From positions 273,120-337,119 of the IMG/VR virus record IMGVR_UViG_3300023174_005338: 64,000 nt of DNA. One strand, 5' to 3'. Below are positions 56,701-64,000 of the stretch, in pieces. Position 1 is the first letter of the stretch. Every line of letters starts with the position of its first letter. A program made the position numbers and the translations under genes. Under the pieces are notes generated by a model. The model searched no databases, had not been told where the DNA came from, and saw only the letters and a program-made list of their open reading frames with translations.

Positions 56701-57429
56701 TTCATAGGCGACGGTGGATTCATCAGCAACATCACTACAGCAGTTCCGACCAAGATCGTCAATGGTACCAGCTGGGCCAACATAGCCGCATCAGGTGGTA
56801 ATCTGGTCATTGCCATAGCCGGCAACACCGTGCAGACTATCAGTGCAGGTGGAGCCAACATCACTGGTTATGCCAATGTTTCAGGCAACATCACAGGTGG
56901 TAACCTGGCCGTGAGTGGTATTAGTAACTTGAATAGCAATGCAAATGTCAAGATCACTGGCGGTAGCACAGGACAACTGTTGAGCACAGATGGTGCTGGA
57001 AATTTGTTCTGGATCAGTTCGGGCAATATCGCCCCAACATCGGGCACTTGGACACCCACTCTAGTTCCAGAAACTGGCTCTTACACATTAACCATCAACA
57101 ACACTTTTTATCAAAAGATTGGCGGCGTGGCCTTCTGCACATTTGACATCACCATTGCCAGTGTATCCACACCAAACGGCAATGTGATCATGGGTAACTT
57201 GCCGTTTACATCCGCAAGCACCGCGGCCACCACTGGATCACTGGCAGTGTCATTTTACACAGGCATGAACTCACCTACCAACGTTGTCTCGGGCACTGTT
57301 CCTGGATCAGCCAACACCGTGACCATGTATTGGCAAGGTTCTTCTGATACCAAAATGGATCCATTGACGCATAACAGGCTCAAGGCAACCACTCGATTGG
57401 TTGGATCAGTTTATTACGCAACAGTATAA
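53773..57429 (+). CDS. Tail fibre/receptor-binding-like protein
   Basis: Gly/Asn/Thr-rich beta repeats; C-terminal GTWTPTL...YQKIG..V...GNLPF domain. Confidence 0.7.
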   Translation: MSFIQNLFTSRDNNANGASYVGQQDRIWWNPDTNAFYYSNGNTPGGIPIGAGGAGSPGGPVSSIQYNLGGGTFGGTANLVIDGAGLSAVGNITAAWFIGNVSTTGNITGGNILTNNYLYANGQSIFANIQLTGNIDLGNLYITDQTIYGKNLNANIGLSPEGDGWVVVPKIDISGMTVANTGTAVQFDTDAGIDLQFGPGTGGNILTAGTIKPTSNNLAGLGAVGSRYTDLWLGSGNINIIDQTLNQNQQIYANQGNLIIGNASGLTFGNFRFYGNVMALGNAAANIQIGTANATGYVNFNRSIAVIPSGNVGAAKVFEVARDGRTKIYASDPIPLSDAAFQVIGSSSGNSQPRNFTGTMMQVTGQDDATNRITFDAFGVAGSTNAYNVLASRVARGTVDSPQPIQSNDILFRLSSQGWTGNNAYASGVARLSFGAAEAFASNAAVGTYANIQLVPVGSNVIKTVTGFSGSGINFPNAISGGTGNLGITFQDGTFQNTAYLPSGVVSSLTAGAGISLSGPTGDITVTNTGILGVIGTPNRVTVASNVGGVVTLTTPQDLNTTANMTLYSLTVTNLSVTGNVSNVIPSIIDGPVVFVANTATVYNDINTSGLITGNIANSTSAGILYKTATNTWNFDYGNSWGITANTVYGNSSFINNFAHVGYANATVEYGNATIQADSSVDNFSQIVQQNHFQGANASSDFVAVANNGDESNFYIDLGINSNVYNNADYAVTKANDGYLYVNGGNLVIGTQTASRVINLFTGGTSNTQNFIRGTVSDTGLSMVGNVTANNLTGNTLFSTDGISAAGNIAGTNLSVTGIVTGSSITGSVVSATGTVTGGNLRTSGTISATGNIITAANLVTATTVINSGVSTSGTVTAANINGANITASGTISAIGNISTPNLNASIAIVSTLLSITGNIDGGNLRTSGIISTTGNATFGNVQTTGRVSVTGNIDGGNIRTAGIITATGNISTAGFFIGDGGFISNITTAVPTKIVNGTSWANIAASGGNLVIAIAGNTVQTISAGGANITGYANVSGNITGGNLAVSGISNLNSNANVKITGGSTGQLLSTDGAGNLFWISSGNIAPTSGTWTPTLVPETGSYTLTINNTFYQKIGGVAFCTFDITIASVSTPNGNVIMGNLPFTSASTAATTGSLAVSFYTGMNSPTNVVSGTVPGSANTVTMYWQGSSDTKMDPLTHNRLKATTRLVGSVYYATV

Positions 57430-57438
57430 AAATATCAA

Positions 57439-58152
57439 ATGAAAAAATTACTCTTAGTATTACTATTCACACCACTCGCGGCCCTGGCACAGATCAATGC
57501 TCAATGTCCACAGTTCACAGTCAATGGCACACCCGAATATCAAGCCCAACCTGGCGATCAGGAACTTTGTAAACAAAACTATGCCGTGATCCATCGTTGC
57601 GGTGTCAAGGCTCCGGTGGCAGTGTTTGAACACTTGACCGTTGCGGCCATGACCGGTCCTGCTAAAAGAAAAGATGATTTCCGTCCAGATCCGCAAGTGC
57701 ATGAACAGTGCCGTGCCAGTCTAGCTGACTATGCCACCGTAGGAAAGACGCACGATCGTGGTCATATGAGTCCTGCTGCCAACAACAGTCAAAACGAACA
57801 AATCATGAGCGAAAGCTTCTACTTGAGCAACATGCTGGCACAAGTTGCCAACAACAATCGTGGTGCCTGGAGACTGTTAGAAGCCGCCGAACGCCAATGG
57901 GCCATGCAACCCGGCACAGATTTCTACATCATATCCGGAGGTATCTTTGATCCCGGTCATCCGGTCACAGGCAACGGCCTGGGCATACCCACTAGACTCT
58001 ACAAGATCATCATAGAAAAGAACAGCCGCCAGGTGCAGGCATACCTCATGCCCAACGCACCTATTAGCCCAGCTACCAGCTGGCCACAGTATCAGACCAC
58101 CATGACCGAAATCGAGCGTGCCACAGGCATGCGATTCAACCTGGGACAATGA
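57439..58152 (+). CDS. Exported DNA/RNA non-specific endonuclease (NucA/Serratia family)
   Basis: Sec signal MKKLLLVLLFTPLAALA; DRGH catalytic motif, SFYLSNM..Q...NNRG.W..LE and IPT.LYK. Confidence 0.88.
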   Translation: MKKLLLVLLFTPLAALAQINAQCPQFTVNGTPEYQAQPGDQELCKQNYAVIHRCGVKAPVAVFEHLTVAAMTGPAKRKDDFRPDPQVHEQCRASLADYATVGKTHDRGHMSPAANNSQNEQIMSESFYLSNMLAQVANNNRGAWRLLEAAERQWAMQPGTDFYIISGGIFDPGHPVTGNGLGIPTRLYKIIIEKNSRQVQAYLMPNAPISPATSWPQYQTTMTEIERATGMRFNLGQ

Positions 58153-58343
58153 GATTTAAAGAGTTTGGCAAAGGCGTGTACGGATCCAGCAAGCTGAAAC
58201 CCTTGTCCGGATCCAACATCAGCAAGACCGGCACACACGTGGCCCGTTTCCAACGTAACAAAAACATCCAACCTGGCACCGACCGCTGGTTCCGGTTATG
58301 GTTTGCCAAACCCGGCCTCACCGGCGAAAACCCCTATAAGTAG
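58149..58343 (+). CDS. Small basic hypothetical protein
   Basis: ATGA-coupled; NIQPGT..WF.LWF..P.LTGE motif. Confidence 0.5.
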   Translation: MRFKEFGKGVYGSSKLKPLSGSNISKTGTHVARFQRNKNIQPGTDRWFRLWFAKPGLTGENPYK

Positions 58344-58346
58344 TCC

Positions 58347-59483
58347 ATGAACTCATTTTATTGTGCGGCTCCCTGGCGAGGCCTGCACATCAATCCACGC
58401 GGTGATGTCAAACCCTGCTGTGCAGGAAATCCCAACATGCTGGGCAATTTAAACAACAAAACCATTGAAGAAATTATAAACGGGCCCAAGCTGAAAGAAA
58501 TCAGATCAGCATTGCGACAAGGCCAGTATCATGAATTTTGCCGAGGGTGCCAAGTACGGGAAGCTCATGGCGGCGACAGTGAACGGACTTGGCATAATAC
58601 CATAAATGATTCATTTGATTCCACACAAGCTGGATTAGAATACGAATATCCTACCCTGTTAGACATACGTTGGAACAGTACCTGTAATCTTAGTTGTAAC
58701 TATTGCGGCCCAGCAGACAGTTCAAAATGGGCTGCTTTGAAAAAAATGCCCATAAACAACAACACTAGAAATTATTATTTAGAAGTTTGTGAATTTATTG
58801 AAAACAACAATCAACATGTTAAAGAAGTTGCACTAGTTGGCGGAGAACCCCTGCTGTTGCCGGAAAACGAACGCCTGCTAGATGCAATACCCGCAGACAC
58901 TGTTATCACTGTTATTACCAATCTTAGTAATAATTTAGAAACAAATAAAGTTTTTCAAAAACTAGCACAACGTCCACGAGTGGGCTGGAGTATGAGTTTT
59001 GAAAATATAGGCCCAAAGTTTGAGTATGTGAGATATGGCGCCAACTGGGAATTACAGTTGCACAATCTTGATCTGGTCCAGTCTCTAATTCGTGATCGAG
59101 GACATTGGGGCGGCATACATGCAGTGTACAATCTTTACAATGCCACGCACTTGGTTGAATTTAAAAACTTTGCTCACGAACGCGGATTATCTATCAAATG
59201 GCAACCATTGGGTACACCGTCGGCATTGGATACAAAAAACTATGGACAAGAAATTGCTGTGATGGCCGCTACAGAAATTCAACGCATGTTTGACACTTGC
59301 AACATAGACGATGAAGAACGTGTGTTGTTTGGCACAGCACTTGCACACTATCAATCGATTGTTGATACCAAGCCAGAAAAATTAGAAGAATTAAAACGTT
59401 TTGTTGATGAAATTGAACAATACCATCCAGATCAACAAGGAAAGTTTCATGAACTATGGCCAGAAATAAGTAGTTTACTATGA
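58347..59483 (+). CDS. Radical SAM protein with N-terminal twitch/SPASM domain
   Basis: C.APW....I...G.V.PCC...C..C N-terminus; CNLSCNYC; GGEPLL. Confidence 0.85.
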   Translation: MNSFYCAAPWRGLHINPRGDVKPCCAGNPNMLGNLNNKTIEEIINGPKLKEIRSALRQGQYHEFCRGCQVREAHGGDSERTWHNTINDSFDSTQAGLEYEYPTLLDIRWNSTCNLSCNYCGPADSSKWAALKKMPINNNTRNYYLEVCEFIENNNQHVKEVALVGGEPLLLPENERLLDAIPADTVITVITNLSNNLETNKVFQKLAQRPRVGWSMSFENIGPKFEYVRYGANWELQLHNLDLVQSLIRDRGHWGGIHAVYNLYNATHLVEFKNFAHERGLSIKWQPLGTPSALDTKNYGQEIAVMAATEIQRMFDTCNIDDEERVLFGTALAHYQSIVDTKPEKLEELKRFVDEIEQYHPDQQGKFHELWPEISSLL

Positions 59484-60415
59484 GTCAAACTGAATCAACT
59501 TTAGTCAAAGCACCGTATCGTCAACAACATTGGACCGATCAGCAGTTGGCTGAGTTTATGGCCTGTGCCGACCCTGTGACCGGGCCAGAATACTTTATGG
59601 ATCACTTCTTTCATATACAACATCCTACCCGAGGCAAAATGTTGTATCATCCATTTGACTATCAAAAGCGATTGATTAACACATACCACAATTACCGCTA
59701 TTCAATATCAATGATGCCGCGACAGACCGGTAAGAGTACCAGTGCCGCAGGATACCTGCTGTGGATGGCCATGTTCCGCCCTGATTCCACAATCCTGATC
59801 GCCGCACACAAATACACAGGCTCACAGGAGATCATGCAACGCATACGCTATGCCTATGAACTATGCCCGGATCATATTCGTGCTGGAGTAACATCATACA
59901 ACAAAGGCAACCTGGACTTTGAAAACGGATCACGCATAGTTTCAACCACCACAACAGAAAACACCGGTCGTGGTATGAGTATTACCTTGCTGTACTGCGA
60001 CGAGTTCGCATTCGTGCGACCCACCATAGCCCGCGAGTTCTGGACATCCATCAGCCCTACCTTGGCCACTGGTGGTAAAGCAATTATTACGTCAACACCC
60101 AACTCAGATGAAGATCAGTTTGCTCTGCTATGGAAAGGTGCCAACAAGACCGAAGATGCCTACGGCAATCCTACTGAGTTAGGAATAAACGGATTCCGGG
60201 CCTATAGATCATACTGGAATGAACATCCTGACAGAGATGAACGTTGGGCCGCTGAACAACGAGCGCAACTGGGCGAAGATCGTTTTCGACGAGAGATGGG
60301 CTGTCTAGCACCAGATTCGGTGCTGACCCTTAAAGATCGTTCTGGAAAAATATTTAAAAAAACTATCGATGAATTAAAAGAACTGCTGAGTTTATCATCA
60401 ATGACAACTAAATAA
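59480..60415 (+). CDS. gp17: Terminase large subunit N-terminal (ATPase) part fused to a 37-aa N-intein
   Basis: PRQTGKST Walker A, LLYCDE Walker B and ITSTPN. After FRREMG comes CLAPDS..., intein block A. Confidence 0.9.
   Translation: MSQTESTLVKAPYRQQHWTDQQLAEFMACADPVTGPEYFMDHFFHIQHPTRGKMLYHPFDYQKRLINTYHNYRYSISMMPRQTGKSTSAAGYLLWMAMFRPDSTILIAAHKYTGSQEIMQRIRYAYELCPDHIRAGVTSYNKGNLDFENGSRIVSTTTTENTGRGMSITLLYCDEFAFVRPTIAREFWTSISPTLATGGKAIITSTPNSDEDQFALLWKGANKTEDAYGNPTELGINGFRAYRSYWNEHPDRDERWAAEQRAQLGEDRFRREMGCLAPDSVLTLKDRSGKIFKKTIDELKELLSLSSMTTK
60302..60412 (+). mobile_element. Split intein N-fragment (37 aa)
   Basis: CLAPDSVLTLKDRSGKIFKKTIDELKELLSLSSMTTK, then stop. Confidence 0.85.
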
Positions 60416-60419
60416 GTTT

Positions 60420-60959
60420 ATGAAAAAACATAAACATCATGTTATTCCTAAACACATGGGCGGATCTGACGACCCATCTAATCTAATAGAACTTACTGTA
60501 GAAGAACATGCAGAAGCACATCGATTATTATACGAAACACACGGACACACTCAAGACAAAGTAGCCTGGCTTGGACTTGCAGGCATCATGCCCTACGCTG
60601 AAATTATATACACTTTGCTATCAGAAGGCAAAAAAGGAAACAAAAATCCAATGTTTGGAAAGCCGGCACCCAACAGAGGTATTAAACGCCCAGGTGTAGG
60701 CGGCCGTAAAAAGGGCACTAAATGGTCAGCTGAAGAACGAGCAACCAAAGAAAAAATAAGATCTACTTCAGAATACAAAGAAAAAATGGCAACTGTATAT
60801 TCAGATCCGGTTCGAAATGCCAATATTAGTAAAAATAACAAGGGTAAAATTGGAGCCGCAACCGGTAAGGCTTGGTATAACAACGGCATTGAAGAAAAAT
60901 ATTTTGTAGTTGATCAACAACCTAAAGGATTCTTTCGTGGCAGACTTACTAGAAAATAA
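60420..60959 (+). CDS. Free-standing HNH homing endonuclease between the split intein halves
   Basis: HKHHVIPKHMGGSDDPSNLIELTVEEHAEAH; NPMFGK and WYNNG NUMOD-like motifs. TAAATA at 60409-60414. Confidence 0.88.
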   Translation: MKKHKHHVIPKHMGGSDDPSNLIELTVEEHAEAHRLLYETHGHTQDKVAWLGLAGIMPYAEIIYTLLSEGKKGNKNPMFGKPAPNRGIKRPGVGGRKKGTKWSAEERATKEKIRSTSEYKEKMATVYSDPVRNANISKNNKGKIGAATGKAWYNNGIEEKYFVVDQQPKGFFRGRLTRK

Positions 60960-62013
60960 TTTAGGACTACAGGTACTAACCGATACTGGTTGGAGTGATT
61001 TTGAAGGATTGCTTGATAAAGGGTCAAAACAGATAGCCTTATTACAATTGACCAATGCCTCTATCAAAGCTACCTTGGATCATAAAATCTATACTGATAA
61101 ATTTGATATGATTCCGGTTAGTCAACTTCGAGTTGGTACACAAATATATACATCATCTGGATTACAAAAAGTAGTAAGTGTTACACTAGACAGTACTAGT
61201 ACTGTCTATGATTTGTTAAATGTAAAAAATAATCGCAGATTTTTTGCTAACGATATTTTAGTCTCAAATTGTGAATTTATCATCAACGATGAAACCTTGA
61301 TAGCTCCAGCCAAGCTGATAGATCTACAGGGACACGAACCCTTGTATAAAACTGGCCAGGTACGCTGGTTTCAACGTCCCAGAAAAGATAGAACCTATGT
61401 GATAGCACTTGATCCCAGCCTGGGCACCGGTGGCGATCCAGCGGCCATACAGGTATACGAAGCAGAAACCACTGAACAAGTGGCCGAATGGCGACACAAC
61501 AGGACCACCATACCTGAACAGGTTCGCATCTTAGCCAGCATTTGTGCTCACATCAATGAAACTGTGCAGGATCCTCAACAGATCTACTACAGCATAGAAA
61601 ACAACACCATTGGCGAAGCAGCCTTGATCAGCATAGCTGAATACGGTGAAGAACGCATACAGGGCTATTTTCTCAGTGAGCCCGGCACGGGTGGCGGGCG
61701 TAGATATCGCAAAGGATTCAACACCACCAACAAGCCCAAACTGGCGGCCTGCAACAAGTTAAAATTGCTGGTAGAAACGGGCCGCATGAAAATCCGCAGC
61801 ACGGGCTTGGTTTCAGAGCTCAAAACCTTTGTGGCCTCAGGCATGGGCTATGCTGCCAAACCCGGCGAAACCGACGATCTTGTCATGAGCACAGTGCTGG
61901 CAGTGCGCATGCTACAACTGCTACAAACCTATGACAATGATATCAACAACCAGCTGAGAGATCACGGTGACGAAATCAAACCACCCTTGCCCTTCATAGC
62001 AGTCATGCGATAA
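60937..62013 (+). CDS. gp17: C-intein (~111 aa) fused to the terminase large subunit nuclease domain
   Basis: GTG 60937 with AAGGA SD; block B ATLDH, block F VYDL and block G FFANDILVSN|CEF. Nuclease motifs ALDPS.G.GGD, IENN and DDLVM. Confidence 0.88.
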   Translation: MADLLENNLGLQVLTDTGWSDFEGLLDKGSKQIALLQLTNASIKATLDHKIYTDKFDMIPVSQLRVGTQIYTSSGLQKVVSVTLDSTSTVYDLLNVKNNRRFFANDILVSNCEFIINDETLIAPAKLIDLQGHEPLYKTGQVRWFQRPRKDRTYVIALDPSLGTGGDPAAIQVYEAETTEQVAEWRHNRTTIPEQVRILASICAHINETVQDPQQIYYSIENNTIGEAALISIAEYGEERIQGYFLSEPGTGGGRRYRKGFNTTNKPKLAACNKLKLLVETGRMKIRSTGLVSELKTFVASGMGYAAKPGETDDLVMSTVLAVRMLQLLQTYDNDINNQLRDHGDEIKPPLPFIAVMR

Positions 62014-62023
62014 ATAACTTACT

Positions 62024-63748
62024 ATGGCAGATATTACACCCGCTCGTAAATTGTTTGACCTTTTGATCAGCAGAGATTTTGACCCAGAAACCCTGGATTC
62101 CGCTGGCCGTCCAGCTGCAGACCCTGCCGAAGCAGAAATATTCAGCTTTGATTTCCGTGCCGAAAGTGGCCGAGATTATGGCACAGTGGTTATCATGCTC
62201 AGCGACACAGGAGATCTAGATGTGTACTGTGCGGACAACGTGGGTAGAACCATGGAAGGCTCAGACAAGGATGATTGGTTTGTTTTTCTTGAGCAACTGA
62301 AGAATTTTGCTGTTCGAACCAATCGACTGAATTTTGGTGTAAAAAATCTCAATCATTTAAGATACAGCATGCAAGGACAGGCTGCCATCAAGGAAGGCCT
62401 ATTTGAATCATGGTCTGGCAAACGAGACGTCAGTTGGAATGCTGGAGCCACAGAAAGCCGACTCATGATCAAACACAAACGGGTCATGGGCGAAGGTGAA
62501 GCCAGATTTCGTTGCATAGAAAGCCTGTTTATTGAAACAGCCGACGGTGAAAGATACAAACTGCCATTCCGCAACCTCACAGCCGGCAAGGCCATGTTGG
62601 AACATGTGCGTGCTGGTGGACGACCCTACGACGATCGTGGACAACACATTGCAGAAATGGTCACGGAATTAAATGTGCTCAGCAGATTCCGCAGAGCCAA
62701 CACAGGTAAATTATTAGAAGGCGACACTGCTGTGTTGGTTGAGAAGACCACGGCCTATTACGAAACACTGCGACACACATTGAAGAGCCTAGCCACACGT
62801 GGTGGTTATGGACGATATTTTGAAACTTGGAATCCAGTGGAGCTCACCGAAGAATCTGCCGTGATCGATGGACTCAAACATTTATTTGTAACACAGAGCA
62901 TTGACCAGCGCATTGAAGATGCACTGCCGTTGATCGCTAGAATTCAACAACAGGAAAACGCCATGAAAGAAACAGAAATATTTGAAGCCTGGGCTGAACA
63001 GCTCACAGAAGGAACCTGGCAAACACCAGACACACCAGAAAAGCAACAGAGATTGATCAAACTGTTGAGCACAGACTTGCCAGTGGGTGCTGATGCTACC
63101 AATGCCACAGAACAATTGTATGATCTCCTGGGCGATGACCAGTTGTTTGATCAACTGCAGGCCTTGGCTGACAGTGATGCCAACGCAGATGCACGCCAGG
63201 TCGTACTGAACCGCATGCAAGAACTGGATCAGGATCCAGATGTAATGAAAGTTATTACCAGCTTGAACATTGACGCTACAGCAGAAATGAATCCGCCTGA
63301 GCAGACTCCAGCAGATTTAGATGTTGACCAAGATATGAAAGAGGCAGTCAAAGATCCAGCGGATCAGACCGAAGATCCTGAAGGTACCAAACAACCAGCC
63401 TATCCTGAATATGATCAAGACTTGAGCAGTATCTTGAAACATGCAGGTGTGCCCGCCCAAGAACGACCAGCACCAGATTATGAACTGGAAGTGGCCGAAA
63501 CAGCCAATCCGGGTGTGACCCCAGCCGACATCGACGGCGTGCCCACAGAAGAATTGGATGAAGCAGATCGTTGCAACATGAGCGAAGCTGGTGAAAGTTG
63601 CCCAGTGCATGGACTCCGAGAGTGCGGCATGTACGAAGCTTCGGCTCTGCAAGGACAGTATGGACACAGTGGTAGAATGAAACCGGTGGCCGAAGACACT
63701 GGATTCTTGACTCGTCTCAAAGAACTTAGCGGTATGATCCGCAACTAA
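62024..63748 (+). CDS. Conserved hypothetical late protein with acidic C-terminus
   Basis: TAAATA 7 nt upstream; IESLFIE..DGER.K.PF..L...AM..HV..GG.PYD..G.HI; terminal CPVHG..EC. Confidence 0.65.
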   Translation: MADITPARKLFDLLISRDFDPETLDSAGRPAADPAEAEIFSFDFRAESGRDYGTVVIMLSDTGDLDVYCADNVGRTMEGSDKDDWFVFLEQLKNFAVRTNRLNFGVKNLNHLRYSMQGQAAIKEGLFESWSGKRDVSWNAGATESRLMIKHKRVMGEGEARFRCIESLFIETADGERYKLPFRNLTAGKAMLEHVRAGGRPYDDRGQHIAEMVTELNVLSRFRRANTGKLLEGDTAVLVEKTTAYYETLRHTLKSLATRGGYGRYFETWNPVELTEESAVIDGLKHLFVTQSIDQRIEDALPLIARIQQQENAMKETEIFEAWAEQLTEGTWQTPDTPEKQQRLIKLLSTDLPVGADATNATEQLYDLLGDDQLFDQLQALADSDANADARQVVLNRMQELDQDPDVMKVITSLNIDATAEMNPPEQTPADLDVDQDMKEAVKDPADQTEDPEGTKQPAYPEYDQDLSSILKHAGVPAQERPAPDYELEVAETANPGVTPADIDGVPTEELDEADRCNMSEAGESCPVHGLRECGMYEASALQGQYGHSGRMKPVAEDTGFLTRLKELSGMIRN

Positions 63749-63773
63749 ATTTGTAATCTGAACAACCGCGTCA

Positions 63774-63834
63774 TAAATACTCTTGACGCTACTCAAACCA
63801 GCGTGTATACTTGCTAAAGTGTATGCGCTTTTTT
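63774..63834 (+). promoter_or_regulatory. Late promoter, sigma70 promoter and overlapping terminator hairpin upstream of gp32
   Basis: TAAATA at 63774; TTGACG (63783)-17 nt-TATACT (63806); imperfect stem 63801-63828 followed by a T run. Confidence 0.65.
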
Positions 63835-63911
63835 GTCAGCATCACAGGCAACGTAACATCTAAACATTTAGATAGGCAACACATAGTAAACTTTAGAAAG
63901 GCAACTCAACT

Positions 63912-64000
63912 ATGGCATCATTAGCAGAAATTCGCGCAAGACTAGCCGCCAGCGAATCCAAACAAGGCGGAAACTCCACAGGCGGTGACAACTCGATTTA
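63912..64000 (+). CDS. Probable single-stranded DNA-binding protein (gp32-like), N-terminus only
   Basis: MASLAEIRARLAA...GGDNSI, a typical N-terminus for this protein in such phages. Truncated by the window end. Confidence 0.6.
   Translation, partial: MASLAEIRARLAASESKQGGNSTGGDNSI

Noticed and set aside
60413-60940. Group I intron interrupting terL
   Set aside because: No non-coding room for a ribozyme core; intein blocks A, B, F and G explain the split.
1-64000. Stop-codon reassignment, tRNA genes, DGR/retron
   Set aside because: Core genes are full length in the standard code and end at TAA, TAG and TGA. No cloverleaf or reverse transcriptase was recognised by eye.

Overview
This is a 64-kb segment of a large T4-like (Tevenvirinae-like architecture) myophage genome, read in the standard genetic code. 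The host is probably a freshwater betaproteobacterium, inferred from the Bug/TctC and NagGH cargo. It carries the gp47/gp46 recombination genes, the head module (portal, protease, scaffold, MCP), a cluster of large Ser/Thr/Gly-rich fibre genes, neck, sheath and tube genes, gp4, putative internal head proteins, a fractured large terminase and the start of gp32. Main points of interest: (1) An AT-rich cassette inserted between gp47 and gp46 behind a perfect TATAAATA late promoter, encoding an ANL-type ligase, a Bug substrate-binding protein and both oxygenase subunits of a salicylate 5-hydroxylase-like Rieske enzyme. (2) A ~340-nt structured, pseudo-symmetric non-coding RNA candidate directly behind a short GIY-YIG gene; it shares a 14-nt motif with the gp32 leader. 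(3) TerL split by an atypically split intein (37-aa IntN, ~111-aa IntC ending Ser-Asn) with a free-standing HNH gene between the halves. (4) A probable -1 frameshift (U UUU UUC) in the gp26-like gene next to the tape measure gene. (5) A probable AUC start for the gp15-like gene. (6) A DUF1415-like/ATE_C-like/DUF6614 operon. (7) Widespread leaderless late transcripts and two short peptide motifs shared by putative head-packaged proteins. Family assignments come from motif recognition only; no database searches were run.
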